64,000 nucleotides of DNA from Minisyncoccota bacterium (lineage in GTDB: Bacteria; Patescibacteriota; Minisyncoccia; Phycocordibacterales; UBA9973), in assembly GCA_041650615.1 (NCBI GenBank), contig JBAZKU010000001.1:23385-87384 (forward strand). Direction: 5' to 3'. Below the pieces are notes generated by a model. That model had not been told where the DNA came from. It made no database searches and was given only the letters and a program-made list of their open reading frames with translations. The position numbers and the translations under genes are program-made. Positions 38,337 through 48,657 of the stretch are shown piece after piece; the stretch's first letter is position 1, and every line of letters starts with the position of its first letter.

Positions 38337-39345
38337 TTTTTCCCTCCTTCTTCATGATAGCACTAAGAAATCCTCCGAGAATCCCTGTTTCTCCCTGTAC
38401 GGACACAATACTTTTCTTTATTGTTGGATCCATAAGAAGATCAGCTTCATCCACTGCGGTTTGAGGTGAGACGCCGATATCATTTAAAAATTGCTTCGCA
38501 ACGGTGATTCTACTTTTTGCAGCTTTTCCTCTTGCTTCGGCTTGTTTTTCTTCTTCAAGAGCTGCTTCCGTTTCTGGTGTAAATGATACATTTCCTAAAT
38601 CAAATGTTTCTACGTCAATTCCGTAACGTTGCTCAATATCTGAACGACTGTCAGATAAAGCACTCTCGTTAGCTTTTATAACTCGGATTTCAGGCCAATG
38701 AAAGTTATAAAAATCAATTAGCTCATTGGCATTAATTGGTTTATCAAATTTACAATCTGGGTTTCCACAAAAAAACCAATTAGATTTTCCCCAATTAGAT
38801 TCATTAGGATCAGGGATTTCTGAACCTTGTTTGTGCATTATGTGAGGTGGTCTTGCAAGTCGCAAGACAGCATTTACGATATCCCCAAGAGCAGGTCGAC
38901 TTTCAATAAATACGGTATGTGGATGATTCCCCCCAATTCCTCCTATTCTTGCTTCAACGGCTTCAATCACACCAGCCAAGATTACTTCTTCACTGACTGT
39001 GACAAATACGTTTCGACCATAATCAGGATGTTTTGGATCAAGATGCACCACATCTGGATCGGGTCTGTATTGGAAAACGCCCTCGATTGCCAGTTTGTAA
39101 CCATCTTTTGTAGTGAAAGTGAACTTTATATCCTTTTTTACCAATTCCATTGAAACTTGTTCAAATGAACTTATAAATGGAATAACAAAATGAGGTCCTT
39201 CTCGTAATATTCCATTTTCCCCTCGGACTCGCGCTTTAAGTATACTCAAAACATAGAATGTATACTCGGGCACAAGCACTATAGCGTTTAATAATATTAT
39301 TATTATTACGATTACTATAATACTAATAATAATGATTGTTTCCAT
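38329..39345 (-). CDS. SPFH/band-7 (stomatin/prohibitin-like) domain membrane protein
   Basis: N-terminal TM helix followed by SPFH-like beta/alpha region (KDGYKLAIEGVFQYRPDPDVV) and C-terminal coiled-coil EEEKQAEARGKAAK. Confidence 0.55.
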   Translation of the reverse strand: METIIIISIIVIVIIIILLNAIVLVPEYTFYVLSILKARVRGENGILREGPHFVIPFISSFEQVSMELVKKDIKFTFTTKDGYKLAIEGVFQYRPDPDVVHLDPKHPDYGRNVFVTVSEEVILAGVIEAVEARIGGIGGNHPHTVFIESRPALGDIVNAVLRLARPPHIMHKQGSEIPDPNESNWGKSNWFFCGNPDCKFDKPINANELIDFYNFHWPEIRVIKANESALSDSRSDIEQRYGIDVETFDLGNVSFTPETEAALEEEKQAEARGKAAKSRITVAKQFLNDIGVSPQTAVDEADLLMDPTIKKSIVSVQGETGILGGFLSAIMKKEGKNA

Positions 39346-39475
39346 CTTATTTGCCCTCCTAAGGCTGTTTTTTTATTGAATTTTCAAAGAATTTATTATG
39401 CTAAAAGTATATCACATATAAACTAAAAAGTCAACCTTTTGGGTTGACTTTTTAGGGCTTAATTTAAGGTTCGTT

Positions 39476-40009
39476 TTAAGCGTGTTTCATTGGCTCTAAC
39501 ATATAATTTTCTTTAGAACGATGGACATATCTCCATAAAAAGATTATCGCTAAAACTAGTACTATGGCAATAATCCATTGAATTAAACCGGACGGCATAA
39601 AACTATCGGAGCCGAACAAGGCGTTAGCTGTGAGGTCGCCATAACTTTCATTAATATCACTGGCGGTTGCTACTTTAGCTGGGGTCGTAGTTTTTGCAAC
39701 AGTAGTATTGGTAGTCTTTTTGGCAACTGTAGTTTTTGTCGCAGTTGTGGTAGGAGCTATATAATTTCCTACGCAAGATTGACCATTAACTGTACTATAA
39801 CCTGTATTTCTTCCTTCACATCCTGGTATTACCACTGGACCATTATTAACTGGGTTAGAGATGTATTCTACAGGGTAAGTATAAGGGGTAAAGGTTACTC
39901 CGCTTTCAACTACACCACCGCGAGCAAAAGCCGGAGAAGCTAAAGAAAGTCCAAAAATAAAGGCTAAAATACCAAAAATCAATATTAAATTGTTGTTTAT
40001 TTTACTCAT
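39476..40009 (-). CDS. hypothetical surface protein with Thr-rich linker and C-terminal TM anchor
   Basis: Signal peptide, Thr/Lys-rich low-complexity region and C-terminal hydrophobic helix; start taken at the internal Met (MSKINNN). Confidence 0.3.
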   Translation of the reverse strand: MSKINNNLILIFGILAFIFGLSLASPAFARGGVVESGVTFTPYTYPVEYISNPVNNGPVVIPGCEGRNTGYSTVNGQSCVGNYIAPTTTATKTTVAKKTTNTTVAKTTTPAKVATASDINESYGDLTANALFGSDSFMPSGLIQWIIAIVLVLAIIFLWRYVHRSKENYMLEPMKHA

Positions 40010-40059
40010 ATAGGTATAGTATAGCACTTATCAATATAAAAGTCAAGTGCTTAAGGTTG

Positions 40060-40143
40060 TGCTGGGAGGGAGACTTGAACTCCCATGAGATTTCTCTCGC
40101 TTGCTCCTAAGGCAAGTGCGTCTGCCAATTTCGCCATCCCAGC
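40060..40143 (-). tRNA. tRNA-Leu (anticodon TAG), class II with long variable arm
   Basis: The reverse complement reads GCTGGGATGGCGAAATTGGCAGACGCACTTGCCTTAGGAGCAAG...GGGAGTTCAAGTCTCCCTCCCAGC. The anticodon loop is CTTAGGA. Confidence 0.75.
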
Positions 40144-40171
40144 TTATAAAAAAATTTTCAAACTAAACTTG

Positions 40172-40244
40172 TCCGCCCAGAGGGGATCGAACCCCCGACC
40201 TTATCCTTAAGAGGGATCTGCTCTACCAGCTGAGCTATGGGCGG
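40172..40244 (-). tRNA. tRNA-Lys (anticodon CTT)
   Basis: The reverse complement reads CCGCCCATAGCTCAGCTGGTAGAGCAGATCCCTCTTAAGGAT...GGGGGTTCGATCCCCTCTGGGCGG. The anticodon loop is CTCTTAA. Confidence 0.65.
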
Positions 40245-40321
40245 ATATTATTTTTCCCTTTAAATTTAACACAAAAATTTTTATTTTGAAAGTTTTTAAA
40301 AAAATGTTAGATTATATAAAC

Positions 40322-40393
40322 GGCCTGGTAGCCAAGTGGTAAGGCAGAGATCTGCAAAATCTCTATACGGCGGTTCAATTCCGCCCCAGGCCT
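40322..40393 (+). tRNA. tRNA-Cys (anticodon GCA)
   Basis: GGCCTGG acceptor, anticodon stem GAGAT/ATCTC with loop CTGCAAA, T-arm GGCGG-TTCAATT-CCGCC. Confidence 0.75.
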
Positions 40394-40408
40394 CATGGCA
40401 GAAATGCC

Positions 40409-40490
40409 AATGCCCGAGTGGATAAAAATCAAACTGCTTTGATTTTTATCCGAATAAAATGAGGAGGCCGACACTTGGGCATTGTTTTTT
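40409..40490 (+). other. branched stem-loop with T-run; its outer stem duplicates the 5' end of tRNA-Leu(TAA); contains a perfect 14-bp inner hairpin
   Basis: AATGCCCGAGTG pairs with CACTTGGGCATT; inner GGATAAAAATCAAA/TTTGATTTTTATCC; followed by GTTTTTT. Confidence 0.4.
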
Positions 40491-40524
40491 ATAAAATAAA
40501 AAATATGCAATATATTTTTTAAAA

Positions 40525-40607
40525 TGCCCGAGTGGCGGAACTGGTATACGCGCACGACTTAAAATCGTGTCTCGTAAGGGATGTGGGTTCGATTCCCACC
40601 TCGGGCA
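40525..40607 (+). tRNA. tRNA-Leu (anticodon TAA), class II
   Basis: GCCCGAG acceptor, anticodon stem CACGA/TCGTG with loop CTTAAAA, long variable arm, T-arm GTGGG-TTCGATT-CCCAC. Confidence 0.8.
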
Positions 40608-40612
40608 CAAAA

Positions 40613-40936
40613 TCATTTTTCTCTCAGCAATTCGTCAATTTTTTGCCTGTTTTTTTCTCCGCGATCTATTTCTATATCCACAAAAGGAATAATCTTTATT
40701 TTCATAATTTTTTTGAAATATTCGCGCAATTCTCCGCGTTTTCTTTTTACAAAGTCCAAAGCGCTAGCTTCTTTTTCGTCCGGCAGTACGGTTATAAAAA
40801 TAGTCGCACGTTTCAAATCAGGAGAGACGGTGCAAGAGGTGACCGTGATGAGGGAAGAATTATTGCTTTCACGTTCCAAAAATTGAGCCCCCAACTCTTT
40901 AAGAAGATTTGCCACCTTTTCATTTCTTTGAGCCAT
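40613..40936 (-). CDS. rbfA: ribosome-binding factor A
   Basis: RbfA KH-like pattern (QRNEKVANLLKELGAQFLERE...LITVTSCTVSPDLKRATIFITV) immediately downstream of infB; start taken at the internal Met to avoid overlap with infB. Confidence 0.6.
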   Translation of the reverse strand: MAQRNEKVANLLKELGAQFLERESNNSSLITVTSCTVSPDLKRATIFITVLPDEKEASALDFVKRKRGELREYFKKIMKIKIIPFVDIEIDRGEKNRQKIDELLREK

Positions 40937-40940
40937 AGTT

Positions 40941-42461
40941 TTACTTTTGGGTGATATTAAACGATTCAATAATATCTCCTTCCACAATTTCTATTTTAGA
41001 TTCAATCATCATGCCGAATTCTGCGCCTTCTTCCACTTCTTTAACTTTTGTTTTGGCTTTTTCCAGATTCACTATTCTTCCGCGTCCGATTTCAAATTCC
41101 CGGCGCAGGATTTTGACAATTTTGTCCAAAATTATACGCCCCTTCAAAACCTTGCCTCCCACTATCTGGCGTTCCTTGGTACGGCTGAAAACCTTAAGAA
41201 TTTTTACTCTGCCCGTCGTTTCTATTGTTTCAATTTTCGGTCTTCTTTTTTCCATTTCAGCTTCCAGCCACTCTGTCATTTTATAGATAATATCAAAAAA
41301 GGAAATAGAAATACCTCGTTTAAGGGCAAGTTCTGTAGCACTCTTGTCTATTTTTACATTAAAGCCAATGACCAAAACATTTTCCCCTCCGCTTATTGTT
41401 TTTATATCCGATTCCGAAATAGGACCTACGCCTTTTTGCATAATTCTAAATTCGGCGTTCTCATTTTGTATTTTTTTGATTTCCTTTTCAATGGCTTCTA
41501 TTGAACCTGAAATGTCAGCTTTTAAGATAATTGGAATTATTTTTTTATTTTCCGCTGCATCGCTTTGTACTACATTACGGATAGGTGTTTCTTTATTCAG
41601 CTTTAGAGAATTCATATATATATCCGCCCCTTTTTTATTTTTAAAAGACTTGAATTCCGCGCCTATTTTAGGCATCTTGCTAAAACCGATAAGACGTATC
41701 GGAGAGGAAAAAGTTGCTTCATTTATGTTTATGCCTTTGAAATTTTCCATAATATTCGTGGAACAAACACTATCTTCCACCACTACTGTCATTCCCCTTG
41801 AAAGAGTTCCGTTTTTTATGACAAGCGTCGCTTGAATTCCGCGCCTAGAATCAAGATTTGCCTCAAGGACAAAACCGGAAGCATTTTCATCCTTGTTCCC
41901 GCAAAAGTTTTCCATTTCGGCAATAATATTTATTAACGACAATAATTCATCCACCTTCGCGCCGGTTTTTGCCGAAATTTCAACAAAAGGAATTTTACCA
42001 CCGTAATTTTCAAGATAAATTTCATTTTCCGCCAATTCCGTTTTTGTTTTTTCAATATTTGCATTTGCTTTATCTATTTTATTTATGGCAACAATACACG
42101 GAATTTTATTTAAAACTATTGTTTTCCAAGCCTCAATAGTTTGAGGTTTCACTCCGTCTTCAGCGGAAACGATTAGAATGGCAATATCGGCAATCAGCGC
42201 GCCACGTTCGCGCATTTTTGAAAATGATTCATGCCCAGGCGTATCAATAAAGGTTATTTTTCCAGACCCGGATTTGTCTGGCGTAGGGGCTTCCACTTCG
42301 TAGGCGGAAATATTTTGAGTTATGCCTCCAACTTCTTTTTCAACTATATTTGTCTTTCTTATATAATCAAGAAGCGTAGATTTACCATGGTCTATATGAC
42401 CCATAATTACCACTACCGGTGGTCTGGCTATATTATTTTCTTTTATATTTGTTTTTTCCAT
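40941..42461 (-). CDS. infB: translation initiation factor IF-2 (short form, G domain plus C-terminal domains)
   Basis: G1 VVVIMGHIDHGKSTLLD, G3 DTPGH, G4 NKID, plus IF-2 C-terminal beta-barrel; conserved infB-rbfA order. Confidence 0.85.
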   Translation of the reverse strand: MEKTNIKENNIARPPVVVIMGHIDHGKSTLLDYIRKTNIVEKEVGGITQNISAYEVEAPTPDKSGSGKITFIDTPGHESFSKMRERGALIADIAILIVSAEDGVKPQTIEAWKTIVLNKIPCIVAINKIDKANANIEKTKTELAENEIYLENYGGKIPFVEISAKTGAKVDELLSLINIIAEMENFCGNKDENASGFVLEANLDSRRGIQATLVIKNGTLSRGMTVVVEDSVCSTNIMENFKGININEATFSSPIRLIGFSKMPKIGAEFKSFKNKKGADIYMNSLKLNKETPIRNVVQSDAAENKKIIPIILKADISGSIEAIEKEIKKIQNENAEFRIMQKGVGPISESDIKTISGGENVLVIGFNVKIDKSATELALKRGISISFFDIIYKMTEWLEAEMEKRRPKIETIETTGRVKILKVFSRTKERQIVGGKVLKGRIILDKIVKILRREFEIGRGRIVNLEKAKTKVKEVEEGAEFGMMIESKIEIVEGDIIESFNITQK

Positions 42462-42473
42462 ATTGTTTTACTT

Positions 42474-42929
42474 CTACACCTTAGCCTTATTCAACACTTC
42501 TTTTTCTTCGGTAGTAAGTTCGTACTCTGATTTTCCGTTTTTAACGGGTTTAGCAAAGATGCTCATTCTCTCACGAGAATAAAGGCTTGAAAATACCACA
42601 CCATCGCCGTCTTCATTCAACATTCCGACCGCAAAACTTTGATTGCTGCCTTGATCAGGAAAAGGATTGAAGCGGATTGTTTCAAGACCTCTTATGCTTT
42701 TCTTTAATTTTTTATTTACTTCAATGAGTTCTCTTTCAATTTTTTCTTTTGCGGATTTTAATTCTGAAATGTTTTCCTCTAGAACTAATATATTTTCTTC
42801 CAAATCCTTCGCTTTTTTGCCGGCAAAAAACTTCTTTAGGCGTTTTTCCGTCTTAATAATCCAAAAAGCGCTGATTAAAATAGTGATTCCGATAACAATA
42901 AAAAAAATAGCTTCAAGCTTTATATTCAT
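42474..42929 (-). CDS. DUF4446 family protein
   Basis: N-terminal TM helix, coiled-coil, then RFNPFPDQGSNQSFAVGMLNEDGDGVVFSSLYSRE pattern of DUF4446. Confidence 0.45.
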   Translation of the reverse strand: MNIKLEAIFFIVIGITILISAFWIIKTEKRLKKFFAGKKAKDLEENILVLEENISELKSAKEKIERELIEVNKKLKKSIRGLETIRFNPFPDQGSNQSFAVGMLNEDGDGVVFSSLYSRERMSIFAKPVKNGKSEYELTTEEKEVLNKAKV

Positions 42930-42953
42930 ACGTTTTCAATATATACTATTTTA

Positions 42954-44162
42954 ATGGCTAAATCAAATAAAAAAGTATATTTGGACTATGCGGCAGGAGT
43001 ATCAGCTAACCCAAGTTCCATACATGAAGAAGGCATTAAGGCAAAAAAAGAACTTCAAAATGCGCGTGCGGAAGTCGCCAATATTTTAGGAGCTCGGTCT
43101 TCCGAAATAATTTTTACAAACGGGGGAACGGAATCCAATAATCTTGCAATCCAAGGCACTGTTTTAGCCTGGCAGGGTAAAAATTTGCCACATATTATTA
43201 CCACTAATATAGAACATCCTTCAGTACTGGAAACTTTTAAAATGCTTAAAAAAAGAAAACTGGCAGAAATTTCCATAGTGCCAGTCGAAAAAAATGGAAC
43301 AGTAAATCCTAAGAAAATAAAAAAGGAAATAAAGAAAAATACGGTGCTCATATCTGTAATGTATGCAAATAATGAAATTGGCACAATTCAGCCTATTCGC
43401 GAAATCGCCAGAGAAATTAGGCATTACAAAAAAACTCACCAAAAAACTTTTTTGAATGGTCTGGCTGGGGTAGGGGACCCAGGGAACCGAGGACCTGAAA
43501 AAAAGATTTTTGGCGGGTTTTTGCTGCCTATTTTTCATACAGACGCTGTGCAAGCGGTGAATTATTTAGATCTCAATGTAGAAAAACTAGGAATAGACTT
43601 GCTTTCATTGTCCGGTTCAAAAATAGAAGGAGCGGGAAGGGTAGGAGTGCTTTATAAAAGAAAAGCTGTGCCGCTTGTGGCGATATTGGGTGGCGGAGAT
43701 CAAGAAATGGGACTGCGTCCAGGGACGGAAAATTTGCCGGAAATTTTGAAATTTTCCAAAGCCTTGAAATCGGCGCAGAAAATTAGAGGAAAAGAGGTAA
43801 AGCGTATAGTTGTACTTAGGGATTATTTTTTTAAAAAAATAATTTTACAAAAAAATATTATTATCAATGGCGATTTAAAAGATAGATTGCCTAACAATTT
43901 GAATATCTCATTTCCTAAAATTCCAAGTGATCTTCTAGTGATGGAACTTTCAGCGAAAGGAATAATGGCATCATCCAAAAGTGCCTGTAAAAGTTCGCAT
44001 AAAGAAGGTTCATATGTCATACAAGCTATACGCCCTGAATCAGATATTGAAATAGGCGGACTGCGTTTTTCTCTAGGCAGGCAAACCACCAAAGCTGACA
44101 TTGACTATACAATTAGGGTTTTATCCAAAATTTTGCAAAAACTAAAAAAGTGGTATAATTGA
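42954..44162 (+). CDS. cysteine desulfurase (class V aminotransferase, IscS/NifS-like)
   Basis: N-terminal YLDYAAGVSANP..., PLP-lysine region SLSGSKIEGAGRVGVL, active-site Cys region; GC-rich in-frame segment GLAGVGDPGNRGPEKK. Confidence 0.7.
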   Translation: MAKSNKKVYLDYAAGVSANPSSIHEEGIKAKKELQNARAEVANILGARSSEIIFTNGGTESNNLAIQGTVLAWQGKNLPHIITTNIEHPSVLETFKMLKKRKLAEISIVPVEKNGTVNPKKIKKEIKKNTVLISVMYANNEIGTIQPIREIAREIRHYKKTHQKTFLNGLAGVGDPGNRGPEKKIFGGFLLPIFHTDAVQAVNYLDLNVEKLGIDLLSLSGSKIEGAGRVGVLYKRKAVPLVAILGGGDQEMGLRPGTENLPEILKFSKALKSAQKIRGKEVKRIVVLRDYFFKKIILQKNIIINGDLKDRLPNNLNISFPKIPSDLLVMELSAKGIMASSKSACKSSHKEGSYVIQAIRPESDIEIGGLRFSLGRQTTKADIDYTIRVLSKILQKLKKWYN

Positions 44163-44165
44163 GGC

Positions 44166-44936
44166 ATGGATATCAAAGATTTAAATAAACCGCAACTTAT
44201 AATGGTTGCATTATTACTTTCCTTTGTCACTTCAATCGCGACAGGTATTACGACAGTGACTCTAATGCAGCAAGCGCCTTCATCCGTGACTGTGCCTATC
44301 AATCGTATTGTTAGGCAGACAGTTGAGAAAATAGTGCCAGTCGAAGGGAAGAGCCAGACAGTTATCATTAAAGAAGAAGATTTAGTAGTAGATGCTATTG
44401 CAAAAAATAAATCAGCAATTTTTTCCGTAACCAAAGAAATAAAAGATTCATATGGTGCAATTACTGAAATTTCTTCCGGGCAAGGATTTGGGGCCACTGC
44501 TGACGGTATTATTGTCGCTGATGGTTCATCTGTGTTTGAGAATGGCACTTATTATGTAAAAAATGACAGTGGAAAATTTAATGCAACCTTCATCTCTTTG
44601 GATAAGAATGGATTTGCTTTCCTTAGGATAGGAACACCGCTCAATGTGGAAGATAAAGCTGCTTTCACTGTACCCGCTTTTGGGGATTTGAGTAAAATGA
44701 AAGAAGGACAGAAAATTTTAGTTTTAGGTAATACAATATCTTCTTTTATTTTTGATGGAAATAAGGATATAAAAATCAGTAATGCAAAATCAAATGGGGG
44801 CGGGCTGGTGCTTGATTTGGACGGAGAAGTATTAGGAATTGTTCTTTCTGGCGATACCATATCTTTCAGTCCGATTGATTCAATTGCAGAAGCTCTAAAA
44901 GCGATAACTCCAACGACTGGAACCGCAACACCATAA
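44166..44936 (+). CDS. trypsin-like (HtrA-like) domain protein, probably catalytically inactive
   Basis: SNGGGLVLDLDGEVLGIVLSG aligns to the GNSGGPLLDLSGNVVGV serine-loop of the htrA gene at 5589, but the nucleophile Ser position is Gly; N-terminal TM helix. Confidence 0.35.
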   Translation: MDIKDLNKPQLIMVALLLSFVTSIATGITTVTLMQQAPSSVTVPINRIVRQTVEKIVPVEGKSQTVIIKEEDLVVDAIAKNKSAIFSVTKEIKDSYGAITEISSGQGFGATADGIIVADGSSVFENGTYYVKNDSGKFNATFISLDKNGFAFLRIGTPLNVEDKAAFTVPAFGDLSKMKEGQKILVLGNTISSFIFDGNKDIKISNAKSNGGGLVLDLDGEVLGIVLSGDTISFSPIDSIAEALKAITPTTGTATP

Positions 44937-44997
44937 AATAAACTTAAAAGTTTTGGATTTACATTTTATAAACTTTTAACTTTATAACTTATTATAT

Positions 44998-47685
44998 ATG
45001 CCACCACTTCATAAATTTACAACTAAATCAAAAGATGCAATCAAAAAAGCTCATGAGCTTGCCATTGAACGCGGACAAAACCACGTCTCTTCTTTACACC
45101 TGCTTGCTGCTTTATTATTGCAAGAAGAAAGTATGGTAAGTTCTATTTTGGATAAATTGGAAATAGATACTGTTTTTTTAACTGATTCTATTTTAGAAGC
45201 AATTGAATCACCGGAATCTAATAGCACTCTTTCTCCGGCATACCAAATTTATCTCAATCCTGATTTGGCGCAGGTCATAGAGCATTCGGTAAAGCTGGCA
45301 GAATATATGAAAGATGATTTTGTTTCAACCGAGCATCTTTTTATTGCCATGCTGGAAGTGGCCGGAGAAGCGCGCGAGATTTTGGCACGATTCAGAATTC
45401 TAAAAGATCCGGTGATGAAAGTGTTGGAAGAACTTCGCAGTCAGAATATTACCGATGTGACAGAACCAAAAAGATTCAGATTGCTTTTGAAATATACTCG
45501 TAATTTAACCAAACTGGCCAAAGAGGATAAATTAGATCCGGTTATCGGACGAGACAATGAAATAATGCGCATCATTCAAATACTCTCTCGCCGAACTAAA
45601 AATAACCCGATTTTAATAGGGGAAGCTGGCACGGGCAAAACAGCGGTAGTGGAAGGTCTGGCGGAGCGTATTGCAAAAAATAATGTTCCTGAATCTCTGA
45701 AAGATAAAGAGCTTGTTTCTCTTGATCTGGGCTCGCTTATAGCCGGTACAAAATATCGCGGGGAATTTGAAGAAAGGTTAAAAGGTATAATGAAAGAAAT
45801 AGAAAGAGCTGACGGAAAAGTAATTCTTTTTATTGATGAAATTCATACAATTGTCGGAGCCGGGGGTTCGGAAGGAACAATGGATGCTTCAAATATGCTA
45901 AAGCCCGCGCTTTCTCGCGGAGAATTGCGGGCCATAGGCGCAACTACTCTTAAAGAATATCAAAAACACATTGAAAAGGATCCGGCTCTAGCTCGTCGTT
46001 TTCAGCCTGTTTATATTGATGAACCTAGTGTGGAAGATGCTATCGCAATACTTCGCGGACTTAAAGAAAGGTATGAATTATTCCACGGTATTCGCATTAC
46101 CGACGATAGTATAATCGCGGCCGTAAACCTTTCTACTCGTTATGTAACAAATAGATTTTTGCCGGATAAAGCGGTTGACCTTATAGATGAAGCTTCTTCT
46201 TCTTTGAAGATTTCTCTTGAGAACAAACCTCCTGTTTTGGAGGATGCTCATAGAAGAATAATGCGTTTGGAAATTGAAAAAGAAGCACTCAAAAAAGAAA
46301 TTGAAAATGACTCGAAAAAAAGCAAAATTACCAAGAATAGAATAAAAGAAATAGATAAAGAGATAGCCAATTTGCACGAAAAAACAAAAGAGCTTGAGTT
46401 AAAATGGCAGAATGAAAAAGAAACTGTGATTGAGATTCGTTCAATTAAAAAAGAACTTGATGTAATGCGTCTTCAGGCTGAAGATGCGGAAATGAAATCA
46501 GATTTGTCTCGCGCTGCGGAAATACGTTATGGCAAAATACCTGTCTTAAAAAAAGATTTGGAGGTAAAACTTTCGCGCTTGCAAAAACTTCAAAAGTCGC
46601 GAAGGATTTTGAAAGAAGAAGTTACTGCGGAAGATATTGCCGAAGTAGTGGCGCGTTGGACCGGCATTCCGCTTACTAAAATGCTTGAAGAAGACCGTGT
46701 AAAATTGCAAAGGATGGAAGAAGAATTAAAAAAGAGAGTAATGGGTCAAGATGAAGCTATTAAGCGTGTCAGTGACGTGATTCGTCGTTCACGCGCGGGA
46801 ATAGGGGACCCGGACAGGCCAAATGGTTCATTTATATTCTTGGGTCCAACAGGAGTTGGCAAGACGGAGCTCACCAAAGCCCTAGCCCAATTTATGTTCA
46901 ATGACGATAGCGCGCTTATCAGAGTGGATATGTCTGAATATATGGAAAAGCACTCGGTATCAAAACTTATCGGCTCACCTCCGGGATATGTAGGTTATGA
47001 CGAAGCAGGACAGCTTACCGAATCTGTCCGACACCGCCCGTTTTCTGTAATCCTTTTTGACGAGATTGAAAAAGCTCATCCGGAAGTTTTTAATATGTTG
47101 CTTCAAGTTATTGACGAAGGAAGATTAACCGATGGCAAGGGGAGAGTGGTTAATTTTAAAAATTCCATTATTATTCTCACTTCCAATATCGGTTCGCAAT
47201 TCATAGAAAAAATGGAATCAATTGGATTTTCTAATAATTCCGACAAGCAAGATTACAGTAATATGAAAGAAAAAGTACTAGAAGCGATGAAGGATCATTT
47301 CCGTCCGGAATTTATCAATCGCCTGGATGAAATTATTGTTTTTGATATTCTTTCAGAAGAAGCCATAAAAGAAATAGTTAATTTGAGAATGAAAGTGGTA
47401 AAAGAAAGACTGGTTGCCAAAGATATTGATTTTAAGATTTCCGATGAGGCGCTCTCATACTTGGCAAAAGAAGGATATAATCCGCATTATGGCGCAAGAC
47501 CGCTTAATCGCTTAATTCAAAATAAGATTTTAAATCCAGTTGCTTCATATATTATCTCCAATGATATGAAGAAAGGGGATACGGTTTTTGTTTCAGTAAA
47601 AAATAATGAACTGCTTATTGAAACTAAAAAAACAAAAATAAAAAGCCCGATTCGCATGCGTTCCAGTTCTACAACCAAAGCGTAA
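44998..47685 (+). CDS. clpB: ATP-dependent chaperone ClpB
   Basis: Clp N-domain, two AAA+ modules ([18 protein letters not shown]), long middle coiled-coil domain, and sensor-2 region. Confidence 0.9.
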   Translation: MPPLHKFTTKSKDAIKKAHELAIERGQNHVSSLHLLAALLLQEESMVSSILDKLEIDTVFLTDSILEAIESPESNSTLSPAYQIYLNPDLAQVIEHSVKLAEYMKDDFVSTEHLFIAMLEVAGEAREILARFRILKDPVMKVLEELRSQNITDVTEPKRFRLLLKYTRNLTKLAKEDKLDPVIGRDNEIMRIIQILSRRTKNNPILIGEAGTGKTAVVEGLAERIAKNNVPESLKDKELVSLDLGSLIAGTKYRGEFEERLKGIMKEIERADGKVILFIDEIHTIVGAGGSEGTMDASNMLKPALSRGELRAIGATTLKEYQKHIEKDPALARRFQPVYIDEPSVEDAIAILRGLKERYELFHGIRITDDSIIAAVNLSTRYVTNRFLPDKAVDLIDEASSSLKISLENKPPVLEDAHRRIMRLEIEKEALKKEIENDSKKSKITKNRIKEIDKEIANLHEKTKELELKWQNEKETVIEIRSIKKELDVMRLQAEDAEMKSDLSRAAEIRYGKIPVLKKDLEVKLSRLQKLQKSRRILKEEVTAEDIAEVVARWTGIPLTKMLEEDRVKLQRMEEELKKRVMGQDEAIKRVSDVIRRSRAGIGDPDRPNGSFIFLGPTGVGKTELTKALAQFMFNDDSALIRVDMSEYMEKHSVSKLIGSPPGYVGYDEAGQLTESVRHRPFSVILFDEIEKAHPEVFNMLLQVIDEGRLTDGKGRVVNFKNSIIILTSNIGSQFIEKMESIGFSNNSDKQDYSNMKEKVLEAMKDHFRPEFINRLDEIIVFDILSEEAIKEIVNLRMKVVKERLVAKDIDFKISDEALSYLAKEGYNPHYGARPLNRLIQNKILNPVASYIISNDMKKGDTVFVSVKNNELLIETKKTKIKSPIRMRSSSTTKA

Positions 47686-47692
47686 AAAATAA

Positions 47693-47723
47693 AAAAACCG
47701 TCTTTGAAACAGACGGTTTTTTG
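47693..47723 (+). terminator. rho-independent terminator (AAAAACCGTCTTTGAAACAGACGGTTTTTT)
   Basis: GC-containing stem plus T-run after clpB. Confidence 0.65.
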
Positions 47724-47742
47724 TTGTTTGGAAAAACAGCTT

Positions 47743-48138
47743 TTACCCTACAGGATACCATTTCTTGGATTCCTTTTTGGGAGGCAGAAAACGAATGATT
47801 AATAAAGATATAACTATATTATAAGTAGCTGTTAATCCCAATATTATCAAGAAAAACATTTTGTATATGTTACCAGCGATTGGAAATTCTTTCGGAATAA
47901 AGAATGAAGTTAACATTGCGGATAAAAGGCCTATTGTAGCAATAAATATCTGTTCATTTCTTTCCATTATGTCTCCAATGGATGGGATTCCAATAGATAT
48001 TACATTTAAAATGGTTATGAAAATGAACAAGATTGGGTTATTCAGAGAAAAAACTACAAATATAGGGTCCACAGTATTACAGCTAGCCAATCCCAAGGAA
48101 AGTAGGATGATGTTAAGGCATAGTAAAAAGTATCTCAT
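47743..48138 (-). CDS. hypothetical 4-TM membrane protein
   Basis: Hydrophobic ORF; 4-nt overlap with the upstream ACP-like gene. Confidence 0.3.
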   Translation of the reverse strand: MRYFLLCLNIILLSLGLASCNTVDPIFVVFSLNNPILFIFITILNVISIGIPSIGDIMERNEQIFIATIGLLSAMLTSFFIPKEFPIAGNIYKMFFLIILGLTATYNIVISLLIIRFLPPKKESKKWYPVG

Positions 48139-48407
48139 TTTTTATCTCCTTCTTTAGATAATTTTTTTTCTATAAGGTTAACAATATCTTGAATAGTGCT
48201 CCCCCCTCCCACTTCTTCGTCTGATATTTTTATACCAAAAGCTGCTTCGATTTCCATCACAATTTCGACAAGGTCGAGCGAATCAGCGCCCAAATCCATT
48301 ATAGGAATAGCGCTAAGAGTTATTTCGCTTTCAGCCCGATTTAATTTTTTAATAAGAATTATAGTAATTCTTTTCAAAATTTCTGACTGTTTCATTAGTT
48401 CCTCCAA
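48135..48407 (-). CDS. acyl carrier protein-like (phosphopantetheine attachment D-S-L motif)
   Basis: LGADSLDLVEIVMEIEAAFGI matches the ACP 4'-phosphopantetheine site. Confidence 0.6.
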   Translation of the reverse strand: MEELMKQSEILKRITIILIKKLNRAESEITLSAIPIMDLGADSLDLVEIVMEIEAAFGIKISDEEVGGGSTIQDIVNLIEKKLSKEGDKK

Positions 48408-48488
48408 TATTTAGTTTTCAAAATTATTTTTTTTAAAATAAATACAAATTTAATTACCAAAAGAATACCATTTTATATGGTACGAGTC

Positions 48489-48502
48489 AATGTGCGCCGG
48501 GT
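48489..48502. repeat. 14-nt direct duplicate (TGCGCCGGGTAGGA) of the tRNA-Tyr 3' end, 155 bp from the tRNA
   Basis: Identical to 48658-48671; att-site-like scar. Confidence 0.6.
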
Positions 48503-48621
48503 AGGAATTTCTCGCCCTACGGTCGCGGGTGCTTTTCTATCTCGCTACGCTCGCAAAGAAAAGCCTTTCGAACCCTACACGGAAGCAAAGCAGTTTGCTT
48601 CCTCTCGGCGAGACATAAATT

Positions 48622-48650
48622 AAAAAGCTTGAGCAGAAGCTCAGCTTTTT
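48622..48650 (-). terminator. bidirectional rho-independent terminator (AAAAAGCTTGAGCAGAAGCTCAGCTTTTT) 3' of tRNA-Tyr
   Basis: Stem-loop with flanking A-run and T-run. Confidence 0.55.
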
Positions 48651-48657
48651 AATTTTG

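Noticed and set aside
40532-40954. ORFs (140 and 101 aa) on the plus strand overlapping tRNA-Leu(TAA) and running antisense to rbfA
   Set aside because: They start inside a tRNA gene and run antisense to a well-supported rbfA; composition is typical of spurious AT-rich ORFs.
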